Source: a candidate division WOR-1 bacterium RIFOXYB2_FULL_36_35
GTDB lineage: Bacteria > Margulisbacteria > WOR-1 > XYC2-FULL-46-14 > XYC2-FULL-37-10
NCBI GenBank assembly: GCA_001771505.1
Contig: MEUA01000023.1
Span: 2,346 to 66,345, forward strand
DNA length: 64,000 nucleotides
Direction: 5' to 3'
The translations under genes were made by a program, and so were the position numbers. Under the pieces are notes generated by a model that was not told the DNA's origin, did no database searches, and saw only the letters and a list, made by a program, of their open reading frames with translations. Of this stretch, positions 19,376-28,774 are shown piece by piece. Within the stretch, counting starts at the first letter, position 1; each line of letters starts with the position of its first letter.

Positions 19376-20221
19376 TTATTCCTTAAACCTTCCTGGATAA
19401 ACAATTGCATATTGATTCTCTCCATATTGAAGAATTTTTCCCTCATGAGGATCACTATAGAAACGAACAAAATTTTCATAATGGCTGCCTAAACCAGAAA
19501 CAACATATTCAGGAGAAATTAAATCAATAGCAACAATTTTTTTTCTATCTTCTGTTATTAGAGGCTTTACAAAACTCACATCTGGAAACCCTTCAATGTC
19601 AGGAGGATCAATAAGAATATGCAGCCCCCCACCATAGGTGATAACAGGTCTTCCTTGAGAACTTAAATCCCTGACAACCCTTAAAAAATGATCTCTTAAA
19701 ATAAAAGGGGAATTCAAATATTCTAAAAAAGAAGAGCCTTCAGGAAAAACGCCATGTAATCTTTGGCCAAGAAGAAAAGCCGAATAAATAATAGCTTCAA
19801 GCCCTTCTTTATCCTTTGCTTTTTCTTTTGATTTTTCAATAAAACTTGAAAGCTCTGATTTTAATAAATTAATATCTTCTTCAGTTGTACTTTCATCTCT
19901 TAATCTTAACTTGTCATGATAAAAGTCTATTGATATTCCATAAGCAAGTTGCTCATACACTAAATCAAGATACCCACCTTTATGTAGTGGAATAAAGAAA
20001 TCCGATATAAAATGTTTAGATGGAGACTTTACATTTTCAATAATTCTATTTTCAACATGTTGTTCTCCAAAACAAATCACCAAAGGTCTTTGATCAATAA
20101 CGGAGCCAGCAAATTGTGCAATTTCTTTGGGGTCATGAAATCTGGATATAACCTTTGCACTTAACTGCGTTATTGAAGTTGCTCTCCCGAAATTTTTATT
20201 TACACCACTGCATATTGTCAT
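19376..20221 (-). CDS. Hypothetical protein, possible ChaN/Tiki-superfamily member
   Basis: 'FGEQHVEN' resembles the GExHdn motif of ChaN-like proteins; otherwise unknown. Confidence 0.35.
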   Translation of the reverse strand: MTICSGVNKNFGRATSITQLSAKVISRFHDPKEIAQFAGSVIDQRPLVICFGEQHVENRIIENVKSPSKHFISDFFIPLHKGGYLDLVYEQLAYGISIDFYHDKLRLRDESTTEEDINLLKSELSSFIEKSKEKAKDKEGLEAIIYSAFLLGQRLHGVFPEGSSFLEYLNSPFILRDHFLRVVRDLSSQGRPVITYGGGLHILIDPPDIEGFPDVSFVKPLITEDRKKIVAIDLISPEYVVSGLGSHYENFVRFYSDPHEGKILQYGENQYAIVYPGRFKE

Positions 20222-20373
20222 ATATATATATCGTCATTTTTGAAGAGGGATTTCAGGAAAATGGGGGGGATAAGTAAGCAGTGAGCAGAAATTTGAGGGA
20301 AAGTCTTTAGTGTGAGTTTGAGTATTTTGTATTTAGCTAAAGCCTAACGACTCAAACTCACAGTCAAGACTCG

Positions 20374-20799
20374 TTAGTGGATGGGCGGCGGCGGCTCGGG
20401 AGGCCCCTCCCTCTTTACCCCTTTGCTCCTTCTACGCCTAAGCCCCCTATCTACTAATTCATAAATTTCTTCCATTAAAAACGGTTTTCTTAGGTATTCT
20501 AACGCCCCCAAGGTAATAGCATTAGAATGAGAAGATTCCGTCGCATATGCTGTTACAATTACAACTTCAATATCAGGATCAATTTCTTTGACTCTTTTTA
20601 AAACTTCCAAACCATCCATCACAGGAAGCCTTAAATCAACAAAAGCCATATCATAGAAACTTTTTTTTAACGGATCTATCGCAGAAGGCCCATCAGCAAA
20701 GGTGTCAACAGAATAATCCTTTATTTTGAGTATCATCTTAAATGATTCAAGCACAGATGGCTCATCATCTATAACCATGATTTTTACTTCTTGTACCAA
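20374..20799 (-). CDS. Single-domain response regulator (CheY-like receiver) with GC-rich C-terminal tail
   Basis: 'IMVIDDEPSV...FVDLRLPVMDG...KPF' receiver motifs; last ~25 codons are encoded by an anomalously GC-rich stretch. Confidence 0.75.
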   Translation of the reverse strand: MVQEVKIMVIDDEPSVLESFKMILKIKDYSVDTFADGPSAIDPLKKSFYDMAFVDLRLPVMDGLEVLKRVKEIDPDIEVVIVTAYATESSHSNAITLGALEYLRKPFLMEEIYELVDRGLRRRRSKGVKREGPPEPPPPIH

Positions 20800-20923
20800 T
20801 ATAGCACCTCTCCTTAATTATGTTTTACTACCGTATTTAGAATTTTATCAGTAATAGCCCCCCTTAGGCAAGTAGAATTTTTAAGAAGTTTATGTTAAAC
20901 TTTTTATAGTTGTAAGCTAATCG

Positions 20924-20997
20924 GCCGGGATAGCTCAGTTGGTTAGAGCGAGGGACTCATAAGCCCTAGGTCGCCAGTTCGATTCTGGCTCCCGGCA
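20924..20997 (+). tRNA. tRNA with CAT anticodon (elongator Met or Ile2/lysidine type)
   Basis: Cloverleaf: acceptor GCCGGGA/TCCCGGC, D-arm GCTC-AGTTGGTTA-GAGC, anticodon loop CTCATAA, T-arm GCCAG-TTCGATT-CTGGC; 74 nt. Confidence 0.8.
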
Positions 20998-21022
20998 GGC
21001 TTAGTAGTTAGTCGTTTGTAGT

Positions 21023-21049
21023 TTGTAATTTGCAAAATACAAATTACAA
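21023..21049 (+). terminator. Hairpin downstream of the tRNA (TTGTAATTTG/CAAATTACAA)
   Basis: 10-bp AT-rich stem, 7-nt loop, followed by TTGCTAATT. Confidence 0.3.
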
Positions 21050-21071
21050 TTGCTAATTACAAATTACAAAA

Positions 21072-21395
21072 ATGAAAAACCTAGAAAACAAAAATCCAAT
21101 CTTATGCGCCACGGCATATCTTTTTTTTATGCCGACTTTGTACATCATCCTTACAGATAGGCGTAAGAACAAATATAATGCATTTCATGCCTCTTTTGCT
21201 TTGATCCTTTGGATGGTCTTAATAACAATATTTATGTTAATTAGAGCAATAAATATGCTTGCGATAGCTTCTCTACAGACAAATTTTGCCTCCCTTCTTC
21301 TTTGGGCGGTAACAATCCCTTTTTCACTTTTTGCTTTTTTTGACAAAACAATAGAAATACCTATATTTTCAAAAATAGCGGGATTTTTAGCATGA
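21072..21395 (+). CDS. Small membrane protein (3 TM), unknown
   Basis: Hydrophobic 107-aa ORF; 4-nt overlap with tilS. Confidence 0.45.
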   Translation: MKNLENKNPILCATAYLFFMPTLYIILTDRRKNKYNAFHASFALILWMVLITIFMLIRAINMLAIASLQTNFASLLLWAVTIPFSLFAFFDKTIEIPIFSKIAGFLA

Positions 21396-22777
21396 TAAGA
21401 AATAATGTACTAGAGACTATTAAAGAATATAAAATGATAAATAAAGGAGATTCTATCCTCGTAGGTGTTTCTGGAGGGGCGGATTCCGTATCTCTTTTGT
21501 ATTGTTTGCATTCCCTCAAAGAAGACTTAAAAATTTCTGCTATCCATGTTGCTCATTTAAATCATTTGATAAGAAAAGAAGATGCAGAAATGGATCAAAG
21601 ATATGTAGAAAACATTTCAAAAAACCTGGGACTTTTGTGCATTTCTGATTCAGTTGATGTTGAAGCCTATGCGGCACAAAACAAATTGAACTTAGAAGAT
21701 GCCGGTCGTCGTTTGCGTTACGCATTTTACCAAAAAACATCTGAAAAAGTTGGAGCAAACAAAATTGTTCTTGGTCACACTGCTGATGATATGGTTGAAA
21801 CATTTTTAATGCGGCTTTTAAGGGGCGCAGGGCTTAAAGGGTTAACGGGAATACCTCCTGTTAGACAGAATATTGTACGCCCTCTTATTAGAACTTGGAG
21901 AAAAGATATAGAAAAATATACTGCTTCATTAAAGCTTGTTCCTAGAATAGATCACACAAATTATGAATCAAAATATTTAAGAAACAGGGTCCGTTTAAAA
22001 TTAATTCCGCAGTTGAAAATATATAACTTAAGGATTAAAGAGATATTACTTCAGACTGTTTTACTTCTAACAGAAGATTATTTATATATGGAATCAAAAA
22101 CCCGTGAAGCTATTTCGGAAGTGATTTTAAAACAATCAGAGGACAAATTAGAGCTGGACTCAAAAAAACTTAGGGAATTTGATCCTTCGATAACGGGACA
22201 TTTAATTCGAACTGCCATTGAAAAAGTAAAAGGGAATCTGGCGGAATTGTCATTTAGTCATATACACAATATAATAAAAAATCTTGATTCCAACGAAAAC
22301 TGGCAACAGCATTTACCTGATCAGACTTATGTTATTTGCAATAAAAACAAATTAACCATAACAAAAGAATTGCCTCAAACTCAGAGTAAAAATTCTTTTT
22401 ATTATACTTTTTCAATCCCTGGAGAAATTGCAGTAAAAGAGGCAAAAATAAAAATAACTGCGGAAATAATAGACCATCTTGACACCTTTTCAGATTCACA
22501 AAATGTAGTTTTTGTTGATCTTGAAGAAATTGATAAGCAGTTAATCGTTCGTTCCAGAAAAAGCGGAGACAGGTTTTACCCGCTAGGAATGAATGGCGCA
22601 AAAAAAGTGCAAGATTTCTTTGTTGATTTAAAAATACCTTCAGAAGAAAGGGATTTTATTCCTATTGTAGAATCATCGGGCCGAATCATTTGGATTGCTG
22701 GATTCCGAATAGATGAGAGAGCGAAAGTTGATGAAAAAACAAAAAAAGTTGTCAAGTTAACATGTCAAAATCTTTAA
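21392..22777 (+). CDS. tilS: tRNA(Ile)-lysidine synthetase
   Basis: PP-loop 'GVSGGADSVSLL', TilS substrate-binding and C-terminal domains, 461 aa. Confidence 0.85.
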   Translation: MIRNNVLETIKEYKMINKGDSILVGVSGGADSVSLLYCLHSLKEDLKISAIHVAHLNHLIRKEDAEMDQRYVENISKNLGLLCISDSVDVEAYAAQNKLNLEDAGRRLRYAFYQKTSEKVGANKIVLGHTADDMVETFLMRLLRGAGLKGLTGIPPVRQNIVRPLIRTWRKDIEKYTASLKLVPRIDHTNYESKYLRNRVRLKLIPQLKIYNLRIKEILLQTVLLLTEDYLYMESKTREAISEVILKQSEDKLELDSKKLREFDPSITGHLIRTAIEKVKGNLAELSFSHIHNIIKNLDSNENWQQHLPDQTYVICNKNKLTITKELPQTQSKNSFYYTFSIPGEIAVKEAKIKITAEIIDHLDTFSDSQNVVFVDLEEIDKQLIVRSRKSGDRFYPLGMNGAKKVQDFFVDLKIPSEERDFIPIVESSGRIIWIAGFRIDERAKVDEKTKKVVKLTCQNL

Positions 22778-23979
22778 CGTATAATTTTCGTGTAATGATT
22801 ATAGAAAACCAGAAAGAAGCCAACCATGAACTTTCAACCATAGGCTGTGATGTAGAAGGCATAAAAATTATGCGGGATAAATACACCTTTTACACAATAA
22901 AAATAAAAGACTTATCTCCCACTCAGGTTAATATTATTAAGCAGGAAATTCTTTCTTTGGGAGGAGAAGCAGCAACTGCGCGTGGAGCAATAGACCATTC
23001 AATAAAAAAATCCGATACGATTATTTCAGGAACTTTAAAGCAAATAGAAAGCTTAATTAATAAGCTATCAAGCCACAAGTACTTTGATCTTTCAAAAATA
23101 GGCCAGGCTATAAAAGAAGCCTTAAGAAATTTTTTAGCGGAACCTACTTTATTTAAAGCGCGTAACTTATCCATAAATCTCAAGAAAAGAACTTATATAA
23201 TGGGGATATTAAATGTAACTCCGGATTCTTTTTATGATGGAAACAAATACTATGATTATGAGAACGCAATAAAAAGAGCAGACGAATTAATATCATTAGG
23301 CGCGGATATAATAGATATAGGAGGAGAATCTTCGAGGCCTAGAGCAAAGCTTGTATCAGAAAAAGAGGAGATCCAAAGAATTTTGCCAGTTGTAAAATAT
23401 TTAGCAAAGAAGAAAAAATGCTTAATTTCAATAGATACTCAAAAATCTAAAGTTGCAGAAAAAGCTTTAATTGCAGGCGCGCATATTATAAATGACATAA
23501 GCGCATTAAATTTTGATTCTAAAATGGCAAAAACAATTGCCCGATATAATGCAGGAGTAATTCTAATGCATATGCAAGGAAGCCCAAAAACAATGCAAAA
23601 CAATCCCTTGTATAAAGATTTAATTTTTGAGGTAATAAGTTATTTGAAAAAGAGTATTGAAATTGCCGAAAAAACTGGTATACTCTCTGATCAGATAATT
23701 GTAGATCCCGGATTTGGATTTGGCAAAACAATAACTCACAATTTAACGCTTTTAAAAAAACTTAAAGAGTTAAAAATCTTAGGATATCCAATTCTTGCAG
23801 GGACTTCAAGAAAATCAATGATAGGTAATATATTGAATTTACCAGTTGATAAAAGGCTTATGGGAACAGCAGCAACGGTAGTCTTGGCAATTTTAAATGG
23901 GGCCAACATAATAAGAGTTCATGATGTAGAGGAGATGAGAGAAGTTGCAAAAACAACAGATTTAATTGTTAGAGTTTAG
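22762..23979 (+). CDS. folP: Dihydropteroate synthase with ~130 aa N-terminal extension
   Basis: Pterin-binding domain 'GILNVTPDSFYDGN', 'DIGGESSRP'; extra N-terminal domain of unknown function. Confidence 0.85.
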   Translation: MSKSLTYNFRVMIIENQKEANHELSTIGCDVEGIKIMRDKYTFYTIKIKDLSPTQVNIIKQEILSLGGEAATARGAIDHSIKKSDTIISGTLKQIESLINKLSSHKYFDLSKIGQAIKEALRNFLAEPTLFKARNLSINLKKRTYIMGILNVTPDSFYDGNKYYDYENAIKRADELISLGADIIDIGGESSRPRAKLVSEKEEIQRILPVVKYLAKKKKCLISIDTQKSKVAEKALIAGAHIINDISALNFDSKMAKTIARYNAGVILMHMQGSPKTMQNNPLYKDLIFEVISYLKKSIEIAEKTGILSDQIIVDPGFGFGKTITHNLTLLKKLKELKILGYPILAGTSRKSMIGNILNLPVDKRLMGTAATVVLAILNGANIIRVHDVEEMREVAKTTDLIVRV

Positions 23980-24001
23980 AATATATAGGAGGAATAAAAA
24001 A

Positions 24002-24619
24002 ATGAAAAGCAAAGTAAAGAAAAAAGAAAAAGTAAAAACAAGTAAAAAAAGCAAGAAAAAAGACAAAAAGGGGGTACAACTTGTTTACCTAAGTTTAGGT
24101 AGTAATGTTGGAGACAGAGAGGAATATATCGAACAAGCGGTTTTTTTGATTAGAAAGATAAAAGGGATAGAGGTACTTAGACGTTCATCAAATTATGAGA
24201 CTGACCCTGAAGGCAAAGAGGATCAACAATCATTTTTAAATTGTGTAATTGAAATAAAAACCATTCTTTCTGCTCATAAACTTTTGGAAGAATTTCAAAA
24301 CATAGAACAGACATTGGGAAGAGAAAGAGAAGTTGAATGGGGGCCCAGAACTATTGATATTGATATTTTAATTTATGGCGATAGTGTGATAAGCGATGAC
24401 AAGCTCCAGATTCCTCACCCTCTTATGCATGAAAGGCTCTTTGTCCTGCAACCTCTCAAAGAATTGTCACCGCAATTAATGCATCCTGTTTTGGAAAAAA
24501 GCATTTCGACTCTTTATGAAGAGAGAAAAATTGAGATCGGGACTGATAAATATGATGATGAACTTCCGGGTTTTAAAGAGATAAAGACAAGCAGGTATGA
24601 TGATTATGAAAAATGGTAA
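24002..24619 (+). CDS. folK: HPPK (2-amino-4-hydroxy-6-hydroxymethyldihydropteridine pyrophosphokinase) with Lys-rich N-terminal tail
   Basis: 'VYLSLGSNVGDRE' HPPK start motif; AGGAGG SD before ATG 24002; ~30 aa KKxK tail precedes the core. Confidence 0.8.
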   Translation: MKSKVKKKEKVKTSKKSKKKDKKGVQLVYLSLGSNVGDREEYIEQAVFLIRKIKGIEVLRRSSNYETDPEGKEDQQSFLNCVIEIKTILSAHKLLEEFQNIEQTLGREREVEWGPRTIDIDILIYGDSVISDDKLQIPHPLMHERLFVLQPLKELSPQLMHPVLEKSISTLYEERKIEIGTDKYDDELPGFKEIKTSRYDDYEKW

Positions 24620-24657
24620 AATTAAAGCCTCTGTTTTTTAAGGGGTTTTCTGTATTA

Positions 24658-25062
24658 ATGAAATATATAACGAATAGTCCCAAGGAAACAGTAAAGCTGG
24701 GTATAAAAATTGGAAAACAGCTCAAGCCAAATGATATTATAGCCTTGGAAGGAGATCTTGGATCGGGAAAAACTACTCTAAGTCAAGGAATAGCTTTAGG
24801 TACAGGATTAAAAGATTATATCTCTTCCCCTACTTTTACTATAATAAATGAGTATGAGAACAAAATTCCTCTTTATCATATTGATCTTTATCGTTTGGAC
24901 GCGGGGACGGACATAAAGGACTTAGGCATTGAAGAATATTTTCATAAAGATGGAATATGTTTAATAGAATGGGCTGAAAAACTTGGAGATTTGCTTCCCG
25001 AAAATGCTAAAATAATTAGGCTTGAAATCAAAGATGCTGATAAGAGAGTAATTACAATATAA
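24658..25062 (+). CDS. tsaE: tRNA t6A biosynthesis ATPase TsaE
   Basis: 'GDLGSGKTTLSQG' Walker A; start set at ATG 24658 (track ORF begins 24613). Confidence 0.75.
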   Translation: MKYITNSPKETVKLGIKIGKQLKPNDIIALEGDLGSGKTTLSQGIALGTGLKDYISSPTFTIINEYENKIPLYHIDLYRLDAGTDIKDLGIEEYFHKDGICLIEWAEKLGDLLPENAKIIRLEIKDADKRVITI

Positions 25063-25066
25063 AAAT

Positions 25067-25753
25067 ATGGCAATTTTAGGTATAAGCAGCGCGACAAAAA
25101 TCCTATCTGTGGGAATTTGTGAAAACAGCAACACTCTTGCGGAACTTATCGTTTCAGGCAAAGAGTCTTTTACAGAAGATTTAATTGTTTATATAGAAAA
25201 GCTCATAGAACAGGCAAAAGTAAAAATAACAGGGATTGCTGTTGCTTCCGGACCTGGATCTTATAATGGATTACGCGGTGGAATGGCAACAGCTAAAACA
25301 TTAGCGCAGATTTTTGCCGTACCAATTGCCCAAGTTTCGACACTTGAAGCAATTGCTTTTAATTTAATAAATGTTAATGGGACTATACTCTCTCTTTCTG
25401 ATGCCAGACGGGATGAATATAACATTGCTTTATTTGCTTCTTATCAAAATAATTTAAAACGCATTACAAATGATTTATTAATGAAATTGGAAGATATAAA
25501 AAAGTTGTTGTCTAAAATTAAGGGTGAAATCTATGTATGCAGTTGTAATGAAGAAATTCAAAGCCTTTTTATCGCGAAGAATATAAGATTTGCCATTCAA
25601 AATTTTTCTATACCCAGAGGCTCAAATGTTGCAATTATCGGCGAAAAGTTAATCAAAGAAGGAAAAGACTCAAACTTAATGAAACTTACTCCAAATTATT
25701 CAGTAGAACCAAACATAAGAGAATTTAAAAAAGGGGTTAATGATCGGGGTTAA
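25067..25753 (+). CDS. tsaB: tRNA t6A biosynthesis protein TsaB (inactive Kae1/YeaZ homolog)
   Basis: YeaZ-like N-terminal 'GISSATKILSVGI', 228 aa; follows tsaE. Confidence 0.75.
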   Translation: MAILGISSATKILSVGICENSNTLAELIVSGKESFTEDLIVYIEKLIEQAKVKITGIAVASGPGSYNGLRGGMATAKTLAQIFAVPIAQVSTLEAIAFNLINVNGTILSLSDARRDEYNIALFASYQNNLKRITNDLLMKLEDIKKLLSKIKGEIYVCSCNEEIQSLFIAKNIRFAIQNFSIPRGSNVAIIGEKLIKEGKDSNLMKLTPNYSVEPNIREFKKGVNDRG

Positions 25754-25760
25754 CTAACTA
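25738..25760 (+). repeat. Solo fragment of the repeat family (AATGATCGGGGTTAACTAAC)
   Basis: Between convergent tsaB and the 25750..26385 gene. Confidence 0.5.
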
Positions 25761-26385
25761 AACGACCAAAAGCTAAACTTAGCTGTTCAACTATATGTTT
25801 ATATCCAGCGTTGTACATGGCAGAATCTTCTAAAATTCTCATTTCCATTTCTCGCGCCTGATCTCTTATTAAATCTTTCAGCCAAGCAAAGGACATGGTC
25901 GTTTTCCCTAAAGATATTCCTGTTTGAAGGGTTAGTGTTGTGCTGGCTCTTCCAGTTGAGAGCTTTGGCAAATCGCCTAATCCCTGACAATAACGAATAT
26001 CCGGAGCGTTTAATGGTTTTTTTGGTAAGACAGAGAAAGATGCTCTTCCAGCTACTGTAGAAGAAGGAGTTTGTACTGTGACATCATCCAAAGATATAGA
26101 AATAGTTGGGATATTTACATTTAATCCTTGCAAATCCACTTTTATTGGACTAATTTTCGGTATTACTTCTGCTTCTAAAGAAGAAAGTGCTTGGGTTCCG
26201 CCTACTTTCTGTATCTCTCTTTCAACTTGCCATCTCTCAAGAAGTTTTAAAAGGAACGGGGTTTTGTCTGTAGCTGTTTTTATTGGGGTTGCTTTCGTAG
26301 CTCCTTTTCCGGCAGGAGATAAAGATTTCCCATGATCAGGTGCAACTCCTGTAGCGCTTAGTTTTTTTAAGTATACGTTTGGCAT
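25750..26385 (-). CDS. Hypothetical Pro/Thr/Lys-rich protein
   Basis: ORF only; low-complexity N-terminal half. Confidence 0.35.
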   Translation of the reverse strand: MPNVYLKKLSATGVAPDHGKSLSPAGKGATKATPIKTATDKTPFLLKLLERWQVEREIQKVGGTQALSSLEAEVIPKISPIKVDLQGLNVNIPTISISLDDVTVQTPSSTVAGRASFSVLPKKPLNAPDIRYCQGLGDLPKLSTGRASTTLTLQTGISLGKTTMSFAWLKDLIRDQAREMEMRILEDSAMYNAGYKHIVEQLSLAFGRLVS

Positions 26386-26429
26386 CTTCTTATCCTCTGC
26401 TATATTATCGTTAATGTATTATGGAAATT

Positions 26430-27584
26430 TCAGCAAAAATTTGGCATGTGGTAAAGACTGCTTTTTTCAATAATAAACATTTTTCCAGGTAATTGTTTTA
26501 CAAGTTTTTTTATCTCTAGTTGCGATAAGGTTATCAACACTTTTGATATAACTAATTCTGATCTTCTTACAATTTCATCAATATGCATAGGTTCATTAGA
26601 GATAAACTTTAATATATTACTCTCTTCAAAAGAGAGCTGAATCTCTATTTTTTTAATCTCTTTAACAGGTAAAAGGGATTTGTATTGGTTGAGGGATATG
26701 ATATGTTGGAATTCATCAATAATATCATCAACTCCCTCAACAAGCTTTGCTCCTTGTTTGATTAACCAATGAGGCCCTTTTGACAATTCCGATTCTATAT
26801 TTCCCGGGACAGCAAAAACTTCCCTACCCTGATCCAAAGCAAGCTTAGCTGTTATCATAGCTCCGCTTTTATATCCTCCTTCAATAATAATTGTCCCAAG
26901 GGAAAGACCGGAAACAATTCTGTTCCGTTTTGGAAATTTCCAGTTATCTACCGGGTCATTTAGTGGAAACTCGGATAAAATAGCGCCTGATGTTATAATT
27001 TTATCCCTTAAATCTATATTTTCGGGAGGATAAAGAACATTAACCCCACAACCTAAAACGGCAATTGTTTTACCTCCTGCCTCAAGAGCCCCTTCATGAG
27101 CGGCGGTATCAATACCTAACGCCATACCAGATATGATTATTATTCCAAGTTTTGAAAGTTCAAAGGCAATTTTTCTAGCAACATTTATTCCATAATTAGA
27201 AGCTTTTCTGGTCCCAACTATTGCAATTGATTTATCGAAATTTTTTAGAAAATCTCCTTTGTAGTATATAACAGGAGGAGGATCATGAATTTGGAATAAG
27301 ATTTCAGGATAATTTTCATCTTCAAAAGTTAAAACTTTAATATTTTCAGGGATTTTAGTCTCCACCATTTTTATTTCTTCTCTAAGCTCTAAAAAGGCTT
27401 TTATCCCCTTTTTAGGTAACCCTTCAATTTTTGATAAATCATTTGGATTAGCATTCAAAATTGCGTCAATGGAACCGAAGTAATCCCACAGTTTTTTTAT
27501 AGAGGCATCCCCTAAATCAGGAGTCTTGGCTAAAAAAATCCATTTGCTAATATTTTTCATGGTTATATTTAAAATAAGCAGCAA
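26430..27584 (-). CDS. dprA: DNA processing protein DprA
   Basis: Rossmann-like DprA core 'GMALGIDTAAHEGAL', 384 aa. Confidence 0.85.
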   Translation of the reverse strand: MLLILNITMKNISKWIFLAKTPDLGDASIKKLWDYFGSIDAILNANPNDLSKIEGLPKKGIKAFLELREEIKMVETKIPENIKVLTFEDENYPEILFQIHDPPPVIYYKGDFLKNFDKSIAIVGTRKASNYGINVARKIAFELSKLGIIIISGMALGIDTAAHEGALEAGGKTIAVLGCGVNVLYPPENIDLRDKIITSGAILSEFPLNDPVDNWKFPKRNRIVSGLSLGTIIIEGGYKSGAMITAKLALDQGREVFAVPGNIESELSKGPHWLIKQGAKLVEGVDDIIDEFQHIISLNQYKSLLPVKEIKKIEIQLSFEESNILKFISNEPMHIDEIVRRSELVISKVLITLSQLEIKKLVKQLPGKMFIIEKSSLYHMPNFC

Positions 27585-27707
27585 TTTTTGTGCCAGCCTG
27601 ATGTTTCATTTTACAACAATTCCATCAAAAGGCTGTTGCATGACGAAAATTGATTAAAAAACGACAAAAGATCGTCAGTTCCAATATTGGGGAATTTTTA
27701 ACCCCGC

Positions 27708-27806
27708 TTATTCATACCCCGAGTAATGTTTGACAATTTGTTGGTTATTGATTCTGACGTGAACCCCGATTATCCTAATCGGGGTGAATAATCGGGGTTA
27801 AATAAG
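27708..27806 (+). repeat. Palindromic repeat element copy F, TTGACA-spacer subtype
   Basis: Contains 60-nt block TGTTTGACAATTTGTTGGTTATTGATTCTGACGTGAACCCCGATTATCCTAATCGGGGT, identical except one base to 54832..54891. Confidence 0.85.
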
Positions 27807-28710
27807 GATTTTTTCTCGTAAAGTCTGGCATAAATTTAATTGTAAGCTGATGGGTTGTATCCAATTCGGAATGAGGGACAAAGGCATAGTCAAATTGAAT
27901 ATTTTTACTGATAAAACCAATGCCAAAAGATATAGACGAGTTATCTGTTTGTTTACTTGTTAGTCCGGATCTAACAAAGAAACTATCTTCAAAACTATAT
28001 TCAATGCCAAAATTTGCAAACATATTATCATCTGATGGCAAATTTAAATCAGCCGCAAAAAGAATATCGTCTAATTTGTAAGAATACCCAACTCCATAAT
28101 TTGATGGAATAGCGGTATTTCCCAAAGATCCTACAATATTTTTTAGTGTGATTCCAAAAGTTCCCTTTGCATTGGCGTTCCACAACATACCAAGGTCAAC
28201 ACCATAGCCGGAAGCATTACTTGTATCAATGGTGTCATTAATTAATTTAAAGCTGCCACCAAGAAACAAATTGTTTAAAACATTGCGCGCGTAGGAAGTT
28301 GCAATAACCAGACTTGCGGGAGAAAAAAATCTTCCTGTTCCTGTGGGATTTGTTGGCGTTGTCTCTTCAATTTGTCCCATGTTTACGTAGTCAACAGAAA
28401 GACCGAGTGTTGACTCCATGACAGGAGAAGAAAAGGCAAAGGATATATAGCTTATCCCCGCAAAATAGTTCATATAAGTTGATAAAATCTCAATTCTTTT
28501 TATTTGAGATAAACCTGAAGGATTCCAGAAAGTCGCGCTTGGATCATCTGAAACTCCAATAAAGGCGCCTCCCATGGCTGATGCTTTTGCATTCCCGTTT
28601 AATTTAAGATAATCTCCAGCAAAAGTTCCAGTTTGAGCGTTTACTCCTATGGAAATACTTTTCATAAAGAAAAGAAAGAACAATAGTAAAATTATTTTTT
28701 TTCTATTCAT
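27775..28710 (-). CDS. PorV/PorQ-family-like (FadL-fold) outer-membrane beta-barrel
   Basis: Signal peptide; N-terminal 'ASAMGGAFIGVSDDPSATFWNPSGL' FadL/PorV-type motif; aromatic C-terminus; directly downstream of a T9SS-type cargo gene. Confidence 0.55.
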   Translation of the reverse strand: MNRKKIILLLFFLFFMKSISIGVNAQTGTFAGDYLKLNGNAKASAMGGAFIGVSDDPSATFWNPSGLSQIKRIEILSTYMNYFAGISYISFAFSSPVMESTLGLSVDYVNMGQIEETTPTNPTGTGRFFSPASLVIATSYARNVLNNLFLGGSFKLINDTIDTSNASGYGVDLGMLWNANAKGTFGITLKNIVGSLGNTAIPSNYGVGYSYKLDDILFAADLNLPSDDNMFANFGIEYSFEDSFFVRSGLTSKQTDNSSISFGIGFISKNIQFDYAFVPHSELDTTHQLTIKFMPDFTRKNPYLTPIIHPD

Positions 28711-28774
28711 ACATTAATTTATAACTTACAAAGAATAATGCGTCGAAGCATTGGCATAATAAATAATTATTTTT

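Noticed and set aside
20255-20420. Possibility that the GC-rich/hairpin segment is the SRP (4.5S) RNA, given AAGCAG...GCAG and GGGGGGG...CCCCTCCC end pairing
   Set aside because: The central long hairpin has a 26-nt AT-rich loop instead of the conserved domain IV GNRA-loop and symmetric/asymmetric loops. The resemblance is limited to short strings. Left as an unexplained structured region.
24613-24657. Upstream ATG (24613) for tsaE given in the ORF track
   Set aside because: It overlaps the folK stop with no ribosome-binding site. The ATG at 24658 is preceded by AAGGGG and gives a typical TsaE length, so the downstream start is preferred.
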